Source: Malacoraja senta
Lineage: Eukaryota
Direction: 5' to 3'
Length of the DNA stretch: 64,000 bases
NCBI GenBank assembly: GCA_038087875.1
Contig: CM075988.1
Coordinates: forward strand, 4,526,001-4,590,000
Part shown: positions 12,465 through 25,619 of the stretch, piece after piece
Position numbering within the stretch: position 1 is the first letter of the stretch
How the letters are laid out: each line of letters starts with the position of its first letter
Made by a program: the position numbers and the translations under genes
Notes under the pieces: generated by a model
Seen by the model: only the letters and a program-made list of their open reading frames with translations
The model's database searches: none
Told to the model about the DNA's origin: nothing

Positions 12465-12735
12465 ACAGAGATACAGCGTGGAAATTGCCCTTCGTCCCAC
12501 CGAGTCCACACCGACCAGCGATCCCCGCACATTAACACACGAGGGACAATTTTACAATTTCATCAAATAACCTACAAACCTGTACGTGTGGGAGGGAACT
12601 GGAGCACCCGGAGAAAACAAATGCAGGTCATGGGGAGAGCGTACAAAGTCCGTACAGACAGCACCCGTAGTCAGGATCGAACCTGGGTCTCTGGCGTTGT
12701 AAGGCAGCAACTCTACCGCTGCGCCACCGTGCCGC
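12465..12735 (-). mobile_element. HE1-like V-SINE
   Basis: Reverse complement of SINE head, V-domain and tail. Confidence 0.9.
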
Positions 12736-13055
12736 TCCACGCCCAAAGTGTTACTAAATCCTCCTGTAATCTTGAAAGACTCGACTGAATTGTGTTAAAG
12801 AATTCTCTCTTCAATTTTTGATGTCCATGGCCTTTGTTAAATTATGTAAACACCTGGAATAAGACAAGGGGTCAGAAAGTAGGGAGGTTAATGGGATAAT
12901 TTAGAATTCAGATACAACAAGCTAAGCACAATGATCTTTCAAACTGAAAATGAACATAGCCAACCAATTAAGCAGCCAGCACTGGTAGTTACTGCCTACT
13001 CAGCAAGTCAGGATCCAGGGCAATGTTTTATTTCAATGCACAGACCTTAAGTAAA

Positions 13056-13193
13056 TTAAAATAGCTGACTGGAATCAAAGGTAGCGTTGATGTTGTTGAA
13101 CATTTCTCTGGTCGACGAAGTGTTCAAAAGACTTTTGTCAAGAGCTTTAGGTTTTTTGAGGCTGGATGGTTTGTCTATCTCACAGAGCTTTGC
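13056..13193 (-). CDS. Possible terminal coding exon of an unidentified gene
   Basis: Non-repetitive; ctctttcag acceptor-like site, 45 codons to TAA, AATAAA ~25 nt downstream; protein not recognised. Confidence 0.2.
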   Translation of the reverse strand, partial: AKLCEIDKPSSLKKPKALDKSLLNTSSTREMFNNINATFDSSQLF

Positions 13194-13507
13194 CTGAAAG
13201 AGCTGCTTCACGCCACAAAGAAATAATCTGTGAGATACTTTTTTTGCAAAGTGCTTATTAAAAATGTATGCCACCTTTTACCAGTCCATAATTAGATGAG
13301 GGAAAGCGTAGTGAGGCACAAGTGCCCAGCCATGCTTGCATCATTTAATTTTTCTACGGCAACTCTCAGCCCTGTCACTAAATAAACTCGGTAATAACTG
13401 TGAGGGGAAAGTGCCTGCAGCAATACGATGTGTCAGCCAAGGGCAGTGAAGTTCCTCAACTCTCATTGATCAGCAGAGATTGAGAGTGACGCTTGGGAGC
13501 TTGGGCC

Positions 13508-13708
13508 TTGTGGTAGAGTTGCTGCCTTGCAGCGCCTGAGACCTGGGTTCGATCCTCACTACGGGTGCTGTCTGTACAGAGTTTGTACGCTCTCCCTGTG
13601 ACTGCATGGATGTTCTCCCAGTGTTTCAGTTTCCTCCAACACTCCAAAGACGTACAGGTTTGTAGGTTGATTGACTTGAGTAAAATTGTAAAACTGGCCC
13701 TAGTGTGT
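13508..13708 (+). mobile_element. HE1-like V-SINE (partial)
   Basis: Head and V-domain. Confidence 0.85.
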
Positions 13709-13760
13709 TGCATAGGCGGAAACACATGGGGAGGGACACAATCAGGCCTAAGATCTTGGA

Positions 13761-14000
13761 AAGGGGTCGACAACCTACGGCCCGCAGGCCGGATTCTGCC
13801 CGTAACCCGAAATCATCCGGCCCGCAGTCGGATTTTTTTGCAATTCGTTTTCGCGACCTGGGAACTGCAACCAGTCCCGGGGCACACAGGCGACTTGGGC
13901 GCTACAGGCAGACCTGGCGCAAGCGAGCCGTCCTGGGCACTACAGCCAGACCTGGGGCAAGTGAGCCGACCTGGGACTGGCTGTAGTGTCCAGGTCACCA
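13761..14000 (+). mobile_element. hAT/Charlie-like DNA transposon left end
   Basis: aggggtcgacaacctacggcccgcaggccgg resembles Charlie/MER58-type terminus with ggcccg subterminal repeats. Confidence 0.65.
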
Positions 14001-14093
14001 AGCATGTTACCAAGAAAATTCAGGGAATAACCATTTTAGGCATCCTTTGGATAAGGCTGCTGTGTAGGACTAGAGGTGCAGCAGAGACATACT

Positions 14094-14403
14094 AGTTTAG
14101 TTTATTTTAGAGATACAGCGTGGAAACAGGCACCTCGGCCCACCGAGTACGCGCTGACCAGTGATCCCAGCACACTAACACTATCCTACACACTAGGGAC
14201 AATCTACAATTATACCAAGCCAATAAACCTGCATACCTGGATGGCTTTGGAGTGAGGGAGGAAACTGGAGCACTCGGAGAAAACCCATGCAGGTCACAGG
14301 GAGAACATACAAATTCCATACAGACAGCACTCGTAGTCAGGATCGAACACTGATCTCTGGCGTTGTAAGGCAGCAACTCCACCGCTGTGCCTCTGTGCCG
14401 CCC
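14094..14403 (-). mobile_element. HE1-like V-SINE
   Basis: Full head-to-tail match on - strand. Confidence 0.9.
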
Positions 14404-14687
14404 ACTAGAAACCGAAGAAGCTGGAATATTGTGAAGAACACTATGTGTGGCATAGTGGCGCATCGGGTAAAGCTGCTGCCCCAGAGAGTGAGAGACCCTG
14501 GTTCAATCCTGACCTCAGTTGCTGACTGTGATCGTGTGAATTTCCTCCGTGTGCTCCGGTAACATTTCGAGCTGACTTGCATGCGTCGCCTATTCATGCT
14601 CTCAATCGATGCTGACTTACTCCAGTACTTTGTGTTCTGTGACAGAGAGGCTGGTTGAACAAAAACACATTTGAGCCCATAAATATG

Positions 14688-14995
14688 GAGTCATACAGTC
14701 ATAGAGTGATACAGCACGGAAACAAGCCCTTCGGCCCTATCTGCCCATACTGACCAACGTGTCCCAGCTGCCCGAGTTCAGTCCACATCCCTCCAAACCT
14801 GTCCTATCCATGTACTGTTTCTTAAAAGTTGGGATAGTCCCAGCCTCAACTACCTCATCCGGCAGCTTGTTCCATACACCCTTTGTGTGAAAAGGTTACC
14901 CCTCAGATTCCTATTAAACCTTTCCCCCTTCACCTTAAACCTATGTCCTCTGGTCCTCGATTCACTCTGTGCATCTACCCGATCTATTCCTGTCA
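14688..14995 (-). mobile_element. CR1 3' fragment
   Basis: ESRTRGHRFKVKGERFNRNLRGNLFTQRV; (CTATGACT)-type tail. Confidence 0.85.
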
Positions 14996-15221
14996 TGGAA
15001 GTGAAACAAAACGGAGTGAACACAGCAACTAAATCTAATGGATACAAACGTTGTGGCAATTGCATAGTTTAGGAGGTTAGGCTGCAGACTAACTGTTTTT
15101 AACTCATATGTCAGTAATGAGCTCAGGGCTACCTGGGGCCTGATCGCTCAGGCATGCTGACTTCACACACTCCAGCCATGCTGTGGAGAAAAAGCAGGAC
15201 TGGAGCCTGCCCGACACTAAG

Positions 15222-15380
15222 GAGGAAGGAATTGCAGATTCTGGTTTACACCGAAGATAGACACAAAAAGCTGGAGTAACTCAGCAGGTCAGGCAGCATT
15301 ACTGGCGAAAAGGAATGGGTGATGTTTCTATAGAGAGGCTGCCTGTCCCGCTGTGCTGCTCCAGCTTTTTATGTCTATCT
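15222..15380. mobile_element. Palindromic PLE pseudo-LTR element
   Basis: atagacacaaaaagctggag ... ctccagctttttatgtctat inverted arms. Confidence 0.75.
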
Positions 15381-15950
15381 ACAGGCTGGAAACGTTGTTC
15401 TGAAAGCTAGTGCGACATTTTTGAGGTTGAGTTTAGTTTATTGTCACGTGTGCCGAGGTAGAGTGAAAATCCTTTGCTGCGTGCTAACCAGACAGCAAAA
15501 AGAAAATACATGATTACAATCGAGCCATGATAAATAGAATAACATGAATAACGCATTGTGCAAGATAAAGTCCAGTAAAATCTGATCAAAGATAGTCCGA
15601 GGGTCTCCAATGAGGTGGATAGTTGATGGTTCCATTGCCTGATAACAGCTGGGAAGAAACTGTCCCTGAATCTGGAATCTGGATTTTCACCAGTTGGAAA
15701 AGTGAATCTAAGTTTTAATTTGGCACTCTAAACTCAATTATTCCAACATTCTGCTTGCTACACAATGCTTAATACAGTCTCTCACATTGCAAGTGAGTGC
15801 AGTTCACAAGTACAATGCAGGCTACAAAGCATTTGTAAATGTTCTGAGATTGTGGAATCTTCTGTGGTAAAAATGCAGCACGGTGACGCAGCGGTAGAGT
15901 TGCTGCCTTACAGAGCCAGAGTCCCGGGTTCGATCCTATGGGTGCTTGTC

Positions 15951-15979
15951 TGCGGGCCGGATCTGGCTTGCCGACCCCG
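15951..15979 (+). mobile_element. hAT/Charlie-like right-end remnant
   Basis: gcgggccggatctggc-ttgccgacccc is the reverse complement of the terminus type at 13761. Confidence 0.45.
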
Positions 15980-16011
15980 CCTTAGATTGTACGTTGACAA
16001 ATACTCTCTTA

Positions 16012-16436
16012 TGGGCCTGTCCCACTTAGGCAATTTTTTTAGGCGACTATAGGCGACTAGGCTGTCGCCACATGGTTGCCGGGGAGTCGCCTGTACGGTG
16101 ATGAGTAGTCTCCTCAGTCGCCCAAAGAGTCGTTGCGTCTTTCTGGTCGCCGCTGGATTTTCAACAATTGAAACATTTTTGGAGACAGTCGGCGACAGTG
16201 GGTTTGACGCCAATGAGCGTAGCTTGACTTCTCCTGACGTAGGAGCTGTCGTAGTTGTCGCCTGGTGACGTAGGTTGTCGCCGGTGCTGACTTCAGTTTT
16301 TTGTTGTTGTGTAAGTAATGATTCTATTTCAAATTTTATGTGGAAGCGGGGTCCAGTCGCCGGTTTTTCGGCGACCTGCTATGACTATGACGGTCGTCGG
16401 CAGTCGCCTAAAAATAGCCTAAGTGGGACAGGCCCT
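16012..16436. mobile_element. PIF/Harbinger-type MITE
   Basis: gggcctgtcccacttaggc / gcctaagtgggacaggccc; TTA TSD. Confidence 0.9.
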
Positions 16437-16860
16437 TTAAGCTCCTACAGGTGTACAGTAGAGAGCATAATGATTGGTTGCATCACGTCCTGGTTCAGCA
16501 ACTCCAAGGCCCAGGAACGATGGAAATTGCAAAAAGTGGTGAACACTGCCTGGTTCATCACGGGTTCTGATCTCCCCACCATTGAAGAGATCTATAAGAG
16601 GTGCTGTCTTCAAAAGGCAGCTGACATCACCAAGAACCCACACATCACTGACACTACCCTTTTATTTCACTCCTACCATTGGGAAGAAGGTACAGGAATC
16701 TGAAAACCATGACCAGGTTCAGGAGCAGCTTCTCCCCAACAACCATCAGGCTCTTGAATACCACAAACTCCTATGAACTAAACCTCCATCTATGAGCTGC
16801 CTGGGTTGCATTAGAGACTTTGGGCTTTGTTTTTCTTTTGCGCTATTCTCTGTATTTATA
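16437..16860 (+). mobile_element. Rex1/Babar LINE 3' fragment
   Basis: YRCTVESIMIGCITSWF...LQKVVNTA..ITG..LP. Confidence 0.85.
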
Positions 16861-16865
16861 CCACA

Positions 16866-17158
16866 GCCTTACAGCGCTTGCAGTGCCAGAGTCCCGGGTT
16901 CGATCAGGCCTATGGGTGCTTGTCTGTACCGAGTTTGTACGTTCTCCCCGTGACCACATGGGTTTTCTCTGAGATCTTCGGTTTCCTTCCACACTCCAAA
17001 GACGTACAGGTTTGTGGGTTACTTGGCTTGGTACAAGTGTAAATTGTCGCTGGTTTTGTAGGATATTGTTAGTGTACGAGGACCGCTGGTCAGTGCGGAC
17101 TCTGTGGGCCGAAGGGCCTGTTTCCATGCTGTATCTCTAAATTAAAACTAAACTAAAA
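16866..17158 (+). mobile_element. HE1-like V-SINE
   Basis: B-box gggttcgatc, V-domain, tail. Confidence 0.9.
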
Positions 17159-17479
17159 CACTGCTCAAGGCTAGCACTGAAGTTTACTGGGCTGATAAAG
17201 GGCGAGCATTGAGCGCACCAATTCCTGATTAACTAGACTATCGATTGCCAGGTAAACAAACTTTGCAGATGAGGCCACTCACTGACTATTCTTGTCCTCA
17301 TGCAGCTATCCCAGTGCCCTGATCCCAATTTCATTTGCATTCACGAACTGTCAGAGGAGGTAGTTGAAGCAAGTGCTATAACAGCATTTAAAATGCATGG
17401 ATATTAAGGTTTGGAGGGATATGGGTCAAGCAGCTTAGGGTTTACCTGGGTCGGGAGTCCCTCCAGTACATCACCATCT

Positions 17480-17830
17480 ACATCTCTCATTTTCCATTCC
17501 CCCTGACTAGTCTGAAGAAAGGTCTCGACCCGAAACGTCACTCATTCCTTCTCTCCAGAGATGCTGCCTGTTCGATCCAGACTATGGGTGCTGTCTCTAC
17601 AGAGTTTATACGTTCTCCCCGTGACCTGCGTGGGTTTTTATCCGGGTTCTCCGGTTTCCTCCCACACTCCAAAGATGTGCAGGTTTGTCGGTCTATTGGC
17701 TTTGATAAAAACATTGTAAGTTGCCCCTGGAGTGTAGGATAGTGCTGGTGTATGGGGTGATTGCTGGTCGGCACGGACTCAATGGGCTGAAGGGCCTGTT
17801 TCCGCACAGTACCTCTAAAGTCTAAAGTCT
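17480..17830 (+). mobile_element. PLE pseudo-LTR (hammerhead core 17512-17539) fused to V-SINE
   Basis: ctgaagaaaggtctcgacccgaaacgtc then junction gctgcctg|ttcgatcc into SINE. Confidence 0.8.
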
Positions 17831-17940
17831 TAAGCTGTCCTGTAATAAGCCCTGAGTTCTACATTAAAAGCGCTGCAGGGATGCCAGAGACACAGAGCAG
17901 AAACAAGCCCACCGAGTCCACGCCGACCCCCGCACACTTA

Positions 17941-18306
17941 AGCCACTTAGGAGACCTAAACAGCAACCTCTGGTGACCTTGCCCGCCACCCAAAAAAATC
18001 AAGGTCGAGGTGACCTGCAACCACACATATGTTGAAAACCTTCCTCGACTATGAAGAAAACCGGCTTCGACTAGACCTGCGACTAAAAAATTATCAAATT
18101 TTAAAACGGCGACCTATTTTTAGTCGAGGCCGGTTTTAATCATAATGAAAAAATAGCAGCAACCTAGATGAAGCCTCGACCACGTGGAAACCACTTTCGA
18201 CCATTAGGGAGAGTGACCAAAACCTCCGGTGACCTCATGGAAACCTTGGGTGGCGGGCAAGGTCACCAGAGGTTGCTGTTTAGGTCTCCTAAGTGGGACA
18301 GGGGCT
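17941..18306. mobile_element. PIF/Harbinger-type MITE inside a V-SINE (17886-18500, -)
   Basis: ~55-bp near-perfect IR cacttaggagacctaaacagcaacctctggtgaccttgcccgccacccaa; TTA TSD; left TIR partly deleted. Confidence 0.85.
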
Positions 18307-19004
18307 TTACACTATCATACACACACTCGGGACAATTTTACAATTTTACTAAGCTAATTAGAGCAGAGCATCTGGAGAAAGCCCATGCAGTCACGGGGAG
18401 AATGTACAAACTCCGTACGGACAGCACCCGTAGTCAGGATCGAATCCGATTCTCTGGCGCAGTAAGGCAGCACTCTACTGCTGTGCCACCCTGCCGCCCA
18501 CATATGAACAAATTAAGACATGTCTTATCTCTACTACAATCTCGGGGAAACACATTCCGAGAGGTTACTGTCAGAAAGTCAGCATTATGCAGTGCACAGT
18601 GAAAGGAACTCATTTCTCAAATGAATGTCATATAAATAAATATAGGCAGCTGGCATGAGTAAACAGCAGTGTTATACCCTGACAGTCGCAACAGCGGCCC
18701 ACTGACGATGCAGCTAAACCTCTAGCCAGTTATGAAGGTGGCAAAGGGAGTGATCTTCAACTCATGCAGGGAGCAGCCACACACACATCAGTGGTGAAGC
18801 CTGACTTCCAGGGAGTGGGAGATCTCAGTCGTATTGACAATGGGAGTTTGATGGGAGGCGGCTGTATGTGCCTGTGCTGCAAATAAATGCCATCTCCAAA
18901 ACATACAAAAACTGAATCAAGAAACTTTGAGTAACCTTAACAAAGTGTCAGAATTTATGAATGTAATCGTACGAGGGCCAACTTTCTGGAAATTATTTAG
19001 TTTG

Positions 19005-19255
19005 CAGTTTAGTTTAGAGTTTAAAGGTGTAGCATGAAAACAGGCCCTTCAGCCCACCAAGTCAATGCTGACCATCGATCATCCGTTTGCAATACTGTGG
19101 AGCAATTTTACAGAGGCCATTTAACTTACAAACCCGCACGTCTTAGGGTGGTGGGAGGAAACTGGAGCACCCGGAGGAAACCCATGTGGTCACAGAGTGA
19201 ACAAGGAAACTCCACTCAGACAGTGCTCAAAGTCAGGATCGAACCTGGGTCATTG
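19005..19255 (-). mobile_element. HE1-like V-SINE
   Basis: Tail, V-domain, B-box on - strand. Confidence 0.8.
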
Positions 19256-19879
19256 TAAAATTGCCCCTAGTGTGTGTAGGGAGTGGTTGCAAAAGTGGGA
19301 TAGTATAGAAATAGCACCACCGCTGGGCCATTGTGCCACTCTAACTCTGTGCTACCTACTGAGTTTTATACTGTTTATTAAAAAAAGACATAATCATATT
19401 TGAAATCTTCTCATGTGTGACTGCCAGTGTGGGATAAAGAGCGATTGCCTTGTGCACTGGAGCAAATGGAACAACAGACAACCATAACTCAACCCTCAGA
19501 CTACACAATTGACTGCATCTCCCAGGACACTTAAAATGATTCATAGAAAGGAGGTCACATGCTGGAAAGGATAACTCCTGTCTGCTTCTCCTCCTAGAAA
19601 AATTACTAGGTCACTTCCATCTGAGTGAGATTGTTGCTGTGTTCCTGTTAGCTGGTTTTTCATGCAGAAGCTCCCTCTCAATTCTGACACAAGGACATGC
19701 AGATGCTGGAGTCTTGCCTAGAACACAACGTGCCGGAGTAACATACTGGGTCAGGCAGCATCTCTGGAGAACATGGATGAACCATAAGATATAGGAGCAG
19801 AATTAGGCCATTCAGCCCAACGAGTCTACTCCACCATTGGATCATGGCTAATTATTTTTTCCCTCCCAACCCCATTTTC

Positions 19880-20036
19880 AGAGTCCAATGACGTACAGGT
19901 TTGCAGGCTATTTGTCTTGGTATAAATGTAAATTGTCTCTAGTGTGTGTAAGATAGTGCTAGTGTGCGGGGATCGCTGGTTGGCGCTGACTCGGTGGACC
20001 GAAGGGCCTGTTTCCATGCTGTATCTCTAAACTAAA
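19880..20036 (+). mobile_element. HE1-like V-SINE 3' half
   Basis: tccaatgacgtacaggtttg...gggcctgtttccatgctgtatctctaaactaaa. Confidence 0.85.
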
Positions 20037-20038
20037 GT

Positions 20039-21025
20039 AACATTAGCAAATTTGCGGATGACAAAGCTGGGTGGCAGTGTTAAGCTAAGAGTTACTGGGT
20101 TAAGCTAAATGGCTACTACAGTGTGAACTGCGAGGAGGATGCTATGAGGATGCAGGGTGACTTGGACAGGTTGGGTGAGTGGGAAGATGCATGGCAGATG
20201 CAGTTTAATGTGGATAAATGTGAGGTTATCCATTTTGGTGGCAAAAACAGGAAGGCAGATTATTATCTAAATGGTGTCAAGTTGGGAAAAGGGGAAGTGC
20301 AACGGGATCTGGGGGTCCTTGTTCATCAGTCACTGAAAGTAAGCATGCAGGTACAGCAGGCAGTGAAGAAAGTGAATGGCATGTTGGCCTTCATAACAAG
20401 AGGAGTTGAATATATGAGCAAAGAGGTCCTTCTGCAGTTGTACAGGGCCCTAGTGAGCCCACACCTGGAGTATTGTGCACAGTTTTGGTCTCCAAATTTG
20501 AGAAAGGACATTCTTGCTATTGAGGGAATGCAGCGAAGGTTCACAAGGTTAATTCCCAGGATGGCGGGACTGTCATATGTTGATAGAATGGAGCGGCTGG
20601 GCTTGTATACTCTGGAATTTAGGATGAGAGGGTATCTTATTGAAACATATAAGATTATTAAGGGTTTGGACATGCTAGAAGCAGGAAACATGTTCCGGAT
20701 GTTGGGGGAGTCCAGAACCAGGGGCCACAGTTTAAGAATAATGGATAAGACAATTAGAACGGAGATGAGGAAACATTTTTTCACACAGAGAGTTGTGAGT
20801 CTGTGGAATTCTCTGTCTCAGAGGGCGGTGGAGGCCGATCTCTAGATGCTTTCAAGAGAGAGTTATATAGAGCTCTTAAAGTTAGCGGAGTCAGGGAATA
20901 TGGGGAGAAGGCAGGAATGGGGTCCTGACTGTGGATGATCAGCCATGATCACATTGAATGGCGGTGCTGACTCAAAGGGCCGAATGGCCTCCTCCTGCAC
21001 CTATTGTCTATTGTCTACTGTCTAA
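20039..21025 (+). mobile_element. CR1 LINE, 5'-truncated (RT C-terminus to tail)
   Basis: ORF 20123-20845 (MQFNVDKCEVIHFG, PHLEYCAQFWSP, FFTQRVVSLWNSL); ctattgt tail. Confidence 0.95.
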
Positions 21026-21450
21026 ACTAAACTAACATTCACCGCTCTCTGACGAAGGTGACATATGGATGGGTGACGCTTCAGGTCAGGACCCTCCTTC
21101 AGATTGATTGTAGGGGCAGGGAGAAAGCTGGAAGCGAGTTGGGGGTAGGACATGGCCTGGCAAGCAATAGATGAATGCAGATAAGGGTGCGTTTGATTGT
21201 CAGATGGTCAGGCAAAGGGGAAAGATGAAAAGCCAAATGTTAGTTACTCAGCTCCCTTATCGAGGAATGCCTTTTGCACCACTTCCCATTTTCATTTTCT
21301 TTCCCATTTCCATTTCAAAAATACAACATAAATGATTGGTAAATGGAGCTGTCATGAAGCTATGTGGGGGAGAGCTCTGATGCTGGAGACAGGGAGACCT
21401 TTGTTGAAGGCAGTTTTTACACATATTTGCTTTGAAATTCAATCCCAATC

Positions 21451-21775
21451 TTAGTTTAGTTTAGTTTAGTTTAGAGATACAGCGCGGAAATAGGCCCAAA
21501 CAGGCCCACCGAGTCCGCACCGACCAGCGATCCCCGCACACTAACACTATCACTACCCTACACACACTAGGGACAATTTTCCATTAATACCAAGCCAATT
21601 AACCTACAAACCTGTATGTCTGTGGGACGGAACCCCAGTATCTCGGCGAAAACTCACACAGGTCACGGGGAAAAACATACAAAATCCATACAGATCAGCA
21701 CCGCTGGTCAGGATTGAACATGGGTCCCTGGCACTGTAAGGTAGTGGCACAACCGCTACGCCGTCGTGCCACCCT
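21451..21775 (-). mobile_element. HE1-like V-SINE
   Basis: (TTTAG)n tail to head on - strand. Confidence 0.9.
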
Positions 21776-22751
21776 AATCTGTTTTCCTTTTCTGATCTAC
21801 ATGTTCAGAAAGCATTGTTTTCCAGGGTGAAACGTAACGTTGAAATTCTTCAGTCCACACAGTACTACTGTGAGATATATTCTAGGCACTTCATGCTACA
21901 GTCTTGGACTGTTTTTCTATGTAGGATGTGTATTTATTAAAACATAGAACAAAGAGCTCCCTACATCCCAGGGACAAGCCCTTGGGCTCACAATGTCTTT
22001 GCCCAACATGAAGCCAACCTAAAGCAATCCCTTCTACACTGCACATGCTGCAAATCACTCCATCAATCTGAAGAAGGGTCTTGACCCAAAATGTTATCTA
22101 TCCATTTTCTCCAGAGATGCCGCCTGACCCGTTGAATTACCCCAGCATTTTATGCCTATCAATTTGTTTGATTCCTGGGATGGTAGGTTGGTCATATGTA
22201 GAGAGATGAAGCAGACTCTGTCTTGAGAGAAGAGTTAGGGGTGATTTCATTTAACCGTGAAAAAATCTTGTGGTGCTGTACTGGATGTTCTCAGTTTGAT
22301 GTTTCCGCTGGATGCGATGTCCCGGCACGATGGTGCCATGATAAGGGTCAGCCATCCAGAAACGAGATGAGAAACAACTCCTAAACATGGAGTGGTAAAC
22401 CTTCAGACTGTTCTCTCCAGGAATACATGCATAATTAAGACAGAGCTGGAGAGATATTCAGATGCAATAGGAATCAAGGCACGTGGAGATACTATTGAAA
22501 GATGGCACTGAGGTTAAACAAGACATCGTTGCAGGAACATGGACATTCTGGTTGTTTCAATTAATTATTTTATGTCTTTGGCATCTCCCTTTTATTCCAA
22601 CATTGCCCTTATCCTTCCTCTCTTCCTTTGAATGGTTTGTTGTTTGAAGCATCAGCTCCTTGAAGTAAAGGGCTGCATTTAACCAGTAATTGAATACTCA
22701 TTGCAGTACCATAGTGTCACAGTTGCCTTGGCTGTTGTGTATTCACCCACA

Positions 22752-22960
22752 GACCCGGGTTCGATCCTCACTATGGGTGCTTGTCTGTACGGAGTTTGTA
22801 CATTCTTCCCGTGACCCCGTGGGTTTTCTCCGGGTGCTCCAGTTTCCTCCCACACTCCAAAGACGCACAGGTTTGTAGGTTAGTTGGCTTCAGTAAAAAA
22901 TTGTCAATTGTCCATAGTGCGTAGGATAATGCTAGTGTGTGGAGGTTGCGTGGACTCAGT
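22752..22960 (+). mobile_element. HE1-like V-SINE (partial)
   Basis: gacccgggttcgatcc B-box and V-domain. Confidence 0.85.
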
Positions 22961-23123
22961 TTGCCAAATAGAGCTAAAAGAGTCATAGAGTCATACAGCA
23001 TGGAAACAGGCCCTTCGGCCCAACTTGCCCACACTGACCAACATGTCCCATCTACACTAGTCCCACCTGCCTGCGTTTGGCCCATATCCCTCCAAACCTG
23101 TCCTATACAAGTACTTGTCTTAA

Positions 23124-23546
23124 AGCCCTGTTCCATGGTACGAGTTCATTTCAAGAGCTCTCCCGAGTTAAAAAAAAATCAAACTCATGGTAAGCACGGA
23201 GAAGCACGTGGTAAGCACTGCATTTCGTTGTCTCTGTACTGTACACTGCACAATGACAATAAAGTTGAATCTGAATCTGAATCTGAATCTGAATGAACGT
23301 AGCGGGTACGTCGGAGCTCGGGGACGTCTCTTAGCGGCCCGTGACGCTAACGGCAGGTACTCAGGAAGACTCGCTAACGGCAGGGAAGCACGGGAAGACT
23401 CGTGAAGATTTTTCAACACACTAGCATGAAAAATGTCCACGAGAGCCCCGAGTACCGACGAGCGGCCATTACCGTAAATCTACGAGTTCGAATCAGGGCA
23501 AACTCAGGAGAGCTCTTGGTATGAACTCGTACCGTGGGACAGGGCT
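23124..23546. mobile_element. PIF/Harbinger-type MITE within a CR1 3' end (22980-23635, -)
   Basis: agccctgttccatggtacgagttcat / atgaactcgtaccgtgggacagggct; TWA flanks; holds a LINE tail with (ATCTGA)n at 23215-23293. Confidence 0.85.
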
Positions 23547-23897
23547 TTAACTGTTTCTTAGACGTTGCAATAGTCCCTGCCTCAACTACCTCCTCTGGCA
23601 GTTCATTCTGTACACCCATCTCGTTCTGTGTGAGGGTTTCTATTGAACCCACTTCAGCGGTCACCACTTGGGTAAGCAATTGACCCAAACCTGAGTTGGT
23701 TCTTTACTCAGGTATCCCAGTGACAACAACCAGCAACAGCAGTAAAAGCATCCCAGCATCTCAGCTTCTTCCACTTTATTGAAAGCCATGGATTGACCAC
23801 CAGCAAAGAGTTCCTTCGTCAGCCCAAAGTTCATCTATTTCCCTGAAGATGCTGCGTGACACAGCCCAGACCATCACACCAACCAAGGGCCCTTCTA

Positions 23898-24470
23898 TTG
23901 AAGATAGACACAAAATGCTGGAGTCACTCAGCGGGACAGGCAGCATCTCTGGAGAGAAGGAATGGGTGATGTTATGGGTCGAGACCCTTATTCCCGAAAC
24001 ATCACCTGTTCCTTCTATCCAGAGATGCTGCCTGTCCCACTGTGTTACTCCAGCATTTTTTGTCTATCTTCAATATAAGCTAGCATCTGCAGTTCTTTCC
24101 TACACTCAATGTTCTTAACACTGGGGTGTAAGCTGCCCAAGCAAAATATGAGGTGCTGTTCCTTGAAATTTGCACGTGGCCTCACTCTGGCAATGGAGGA
24201 GGCCTAGGACAGAAAGATCAGTGGGAATGGGAAGGGGAGTTAAAATGGTTGGCAAGCAGGATATGCAGTCGTTCTTGGTAGACCGAATACAGGTGCTCAG
24301 CGAAATGGTGCATGTGAACCACTGTCTCACCTGGATGGATAGCCAGGGTCCCTGGATGGAGAAGAGGGAGGAGGTAAAAGGACAGGTGTTGCATCTCCTG
24401 CGGTTGCAGGGGAAATACCTGGGGAGGGGCTGGTTTGGGTGGGAAGGGATGAGTGAATCAAGAAGTTGCA
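23898..24470 (-). mobile_element. Palindromic pLTR element (23898-24105) and PLE GIY-YIG fragment
   Basis: Inverted arms; - strand FPCNRRRCNTCPF...FTCT...TDLSVLGLLHCQSEA. Confidence 0.8.
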
Positions 24471-24656
24471 GCAGATTTTTAGATATTATCCACCCAGCAG
24501 ATTTGAGAATAGGTGTATAACCTATGCAAGATATCAACATTTAACTCCATCCAATTAAAACTTCATTAATTGTCTTGGCATTTAGTCTGCACTTTGAAAG
24601 TACTTGGTCTGCACTTATTCTCATGTCCTTTACAAAGTTTTCCGTCCTTAATTTTA

Positions 24657-25450
24657 TGGGCCTGTCCCACTTAGGCAACTTTTTAGGCGACTACAGGAGA
24701 CTATGCGGTCGCCACATGGTCGCCACATGTTCGCGGGTGGTTGCCGGGGAGTCGCCTTCATGGTCGTGAGGAGTTCCCGGATTCTCGGAATTAGTCGCGG
24801 CTTCATTCTGGTCGCCGTGAATTTTTCAACATGTTGCCATGGAATGTAGAGAGAATTCTCGTGCCGTTGGTGCAGTGGTAGTGGGTTGCCAGGAGGTTGT
24901 AGGTTGTCATAGGTTCTCGTAGATTGTTGCCGGTGCTGACCGGTGAATTTCATTGGCTCATTGGGAAAAAAAACGTAAACAGTAGTTTTCAGAACCAAGG
25001 ATAACCCAATATTAATGTCCGCCGAGCTTCACAACCGTGTATCTCTGGCTTCTTAAAAGTTGTCTCCACTCCTTCTCCCCCCTCTCCCCCCTCTCCCCCC
25101 TCTCCGGCCCCCTCTCCGGCCCCCTCTCCGGCCCCCTCTCCCCGCTCTTTTAAAGTACTTAAGTGACCCTTCCCATACACTGTGCTTTCACCGTCTTACT
25201 TACAGCGCCAACCTTCCTGTTCATCGTGGTGTGTGTCTGTATCACATTGGCTTTGCACCGTGTGAATTTAATTCAGACAGTGTTCCCCCCGCTTGCCCTG
25301 TCCCCCACCTGCATAACGGGCTGGTGAAGGAAGCGATGTGTGTGTTCCACTCTGACAGTCGCCGTTCCAGTCGCCGGTTATTCAGCGACCTGCTACGACT
25401 TGACAGTCGCCGGCAGTGGCCTGAGAAATCGGCAAAGTGGGACAGGTCCA
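24657..25450. mobile_element. PIF/Harbinger-type MITE (long variant)
   Basis: tgggcctgtcccactt / aagtgggacaggtcca; internal similarity to 16012-16436; C-rich tandem repeat 25070-25145. Confidence 0.85.
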
Positions 25451-25619
25451 TAATTCTACATTTGTCACAATTATGACATATTTTTAAACTACTTTGAATG
25501 CTTTATGCACCTGTATTTGATTGCATTCATCATTTGTCAATATCAATTGGAATCTGCTGCTGACTATTTAGTAATATGCTTTGATATGGTCATGAACACG
25601 TCGGAAGCAGATTCTCGGT

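Noticed and set aside
13761..15979. Single 2.2-kb hAT element
   Set aside because: 8-bp flanks do not match (atcttgga vs ccttagat) and the interior is unrelated repeats
23706..23752. Signal-peptide exon MLLLLLLVVVTGIP on - strand
   Set aside because: Weak donor, immediate in-frame stop, no supporting downstream exon
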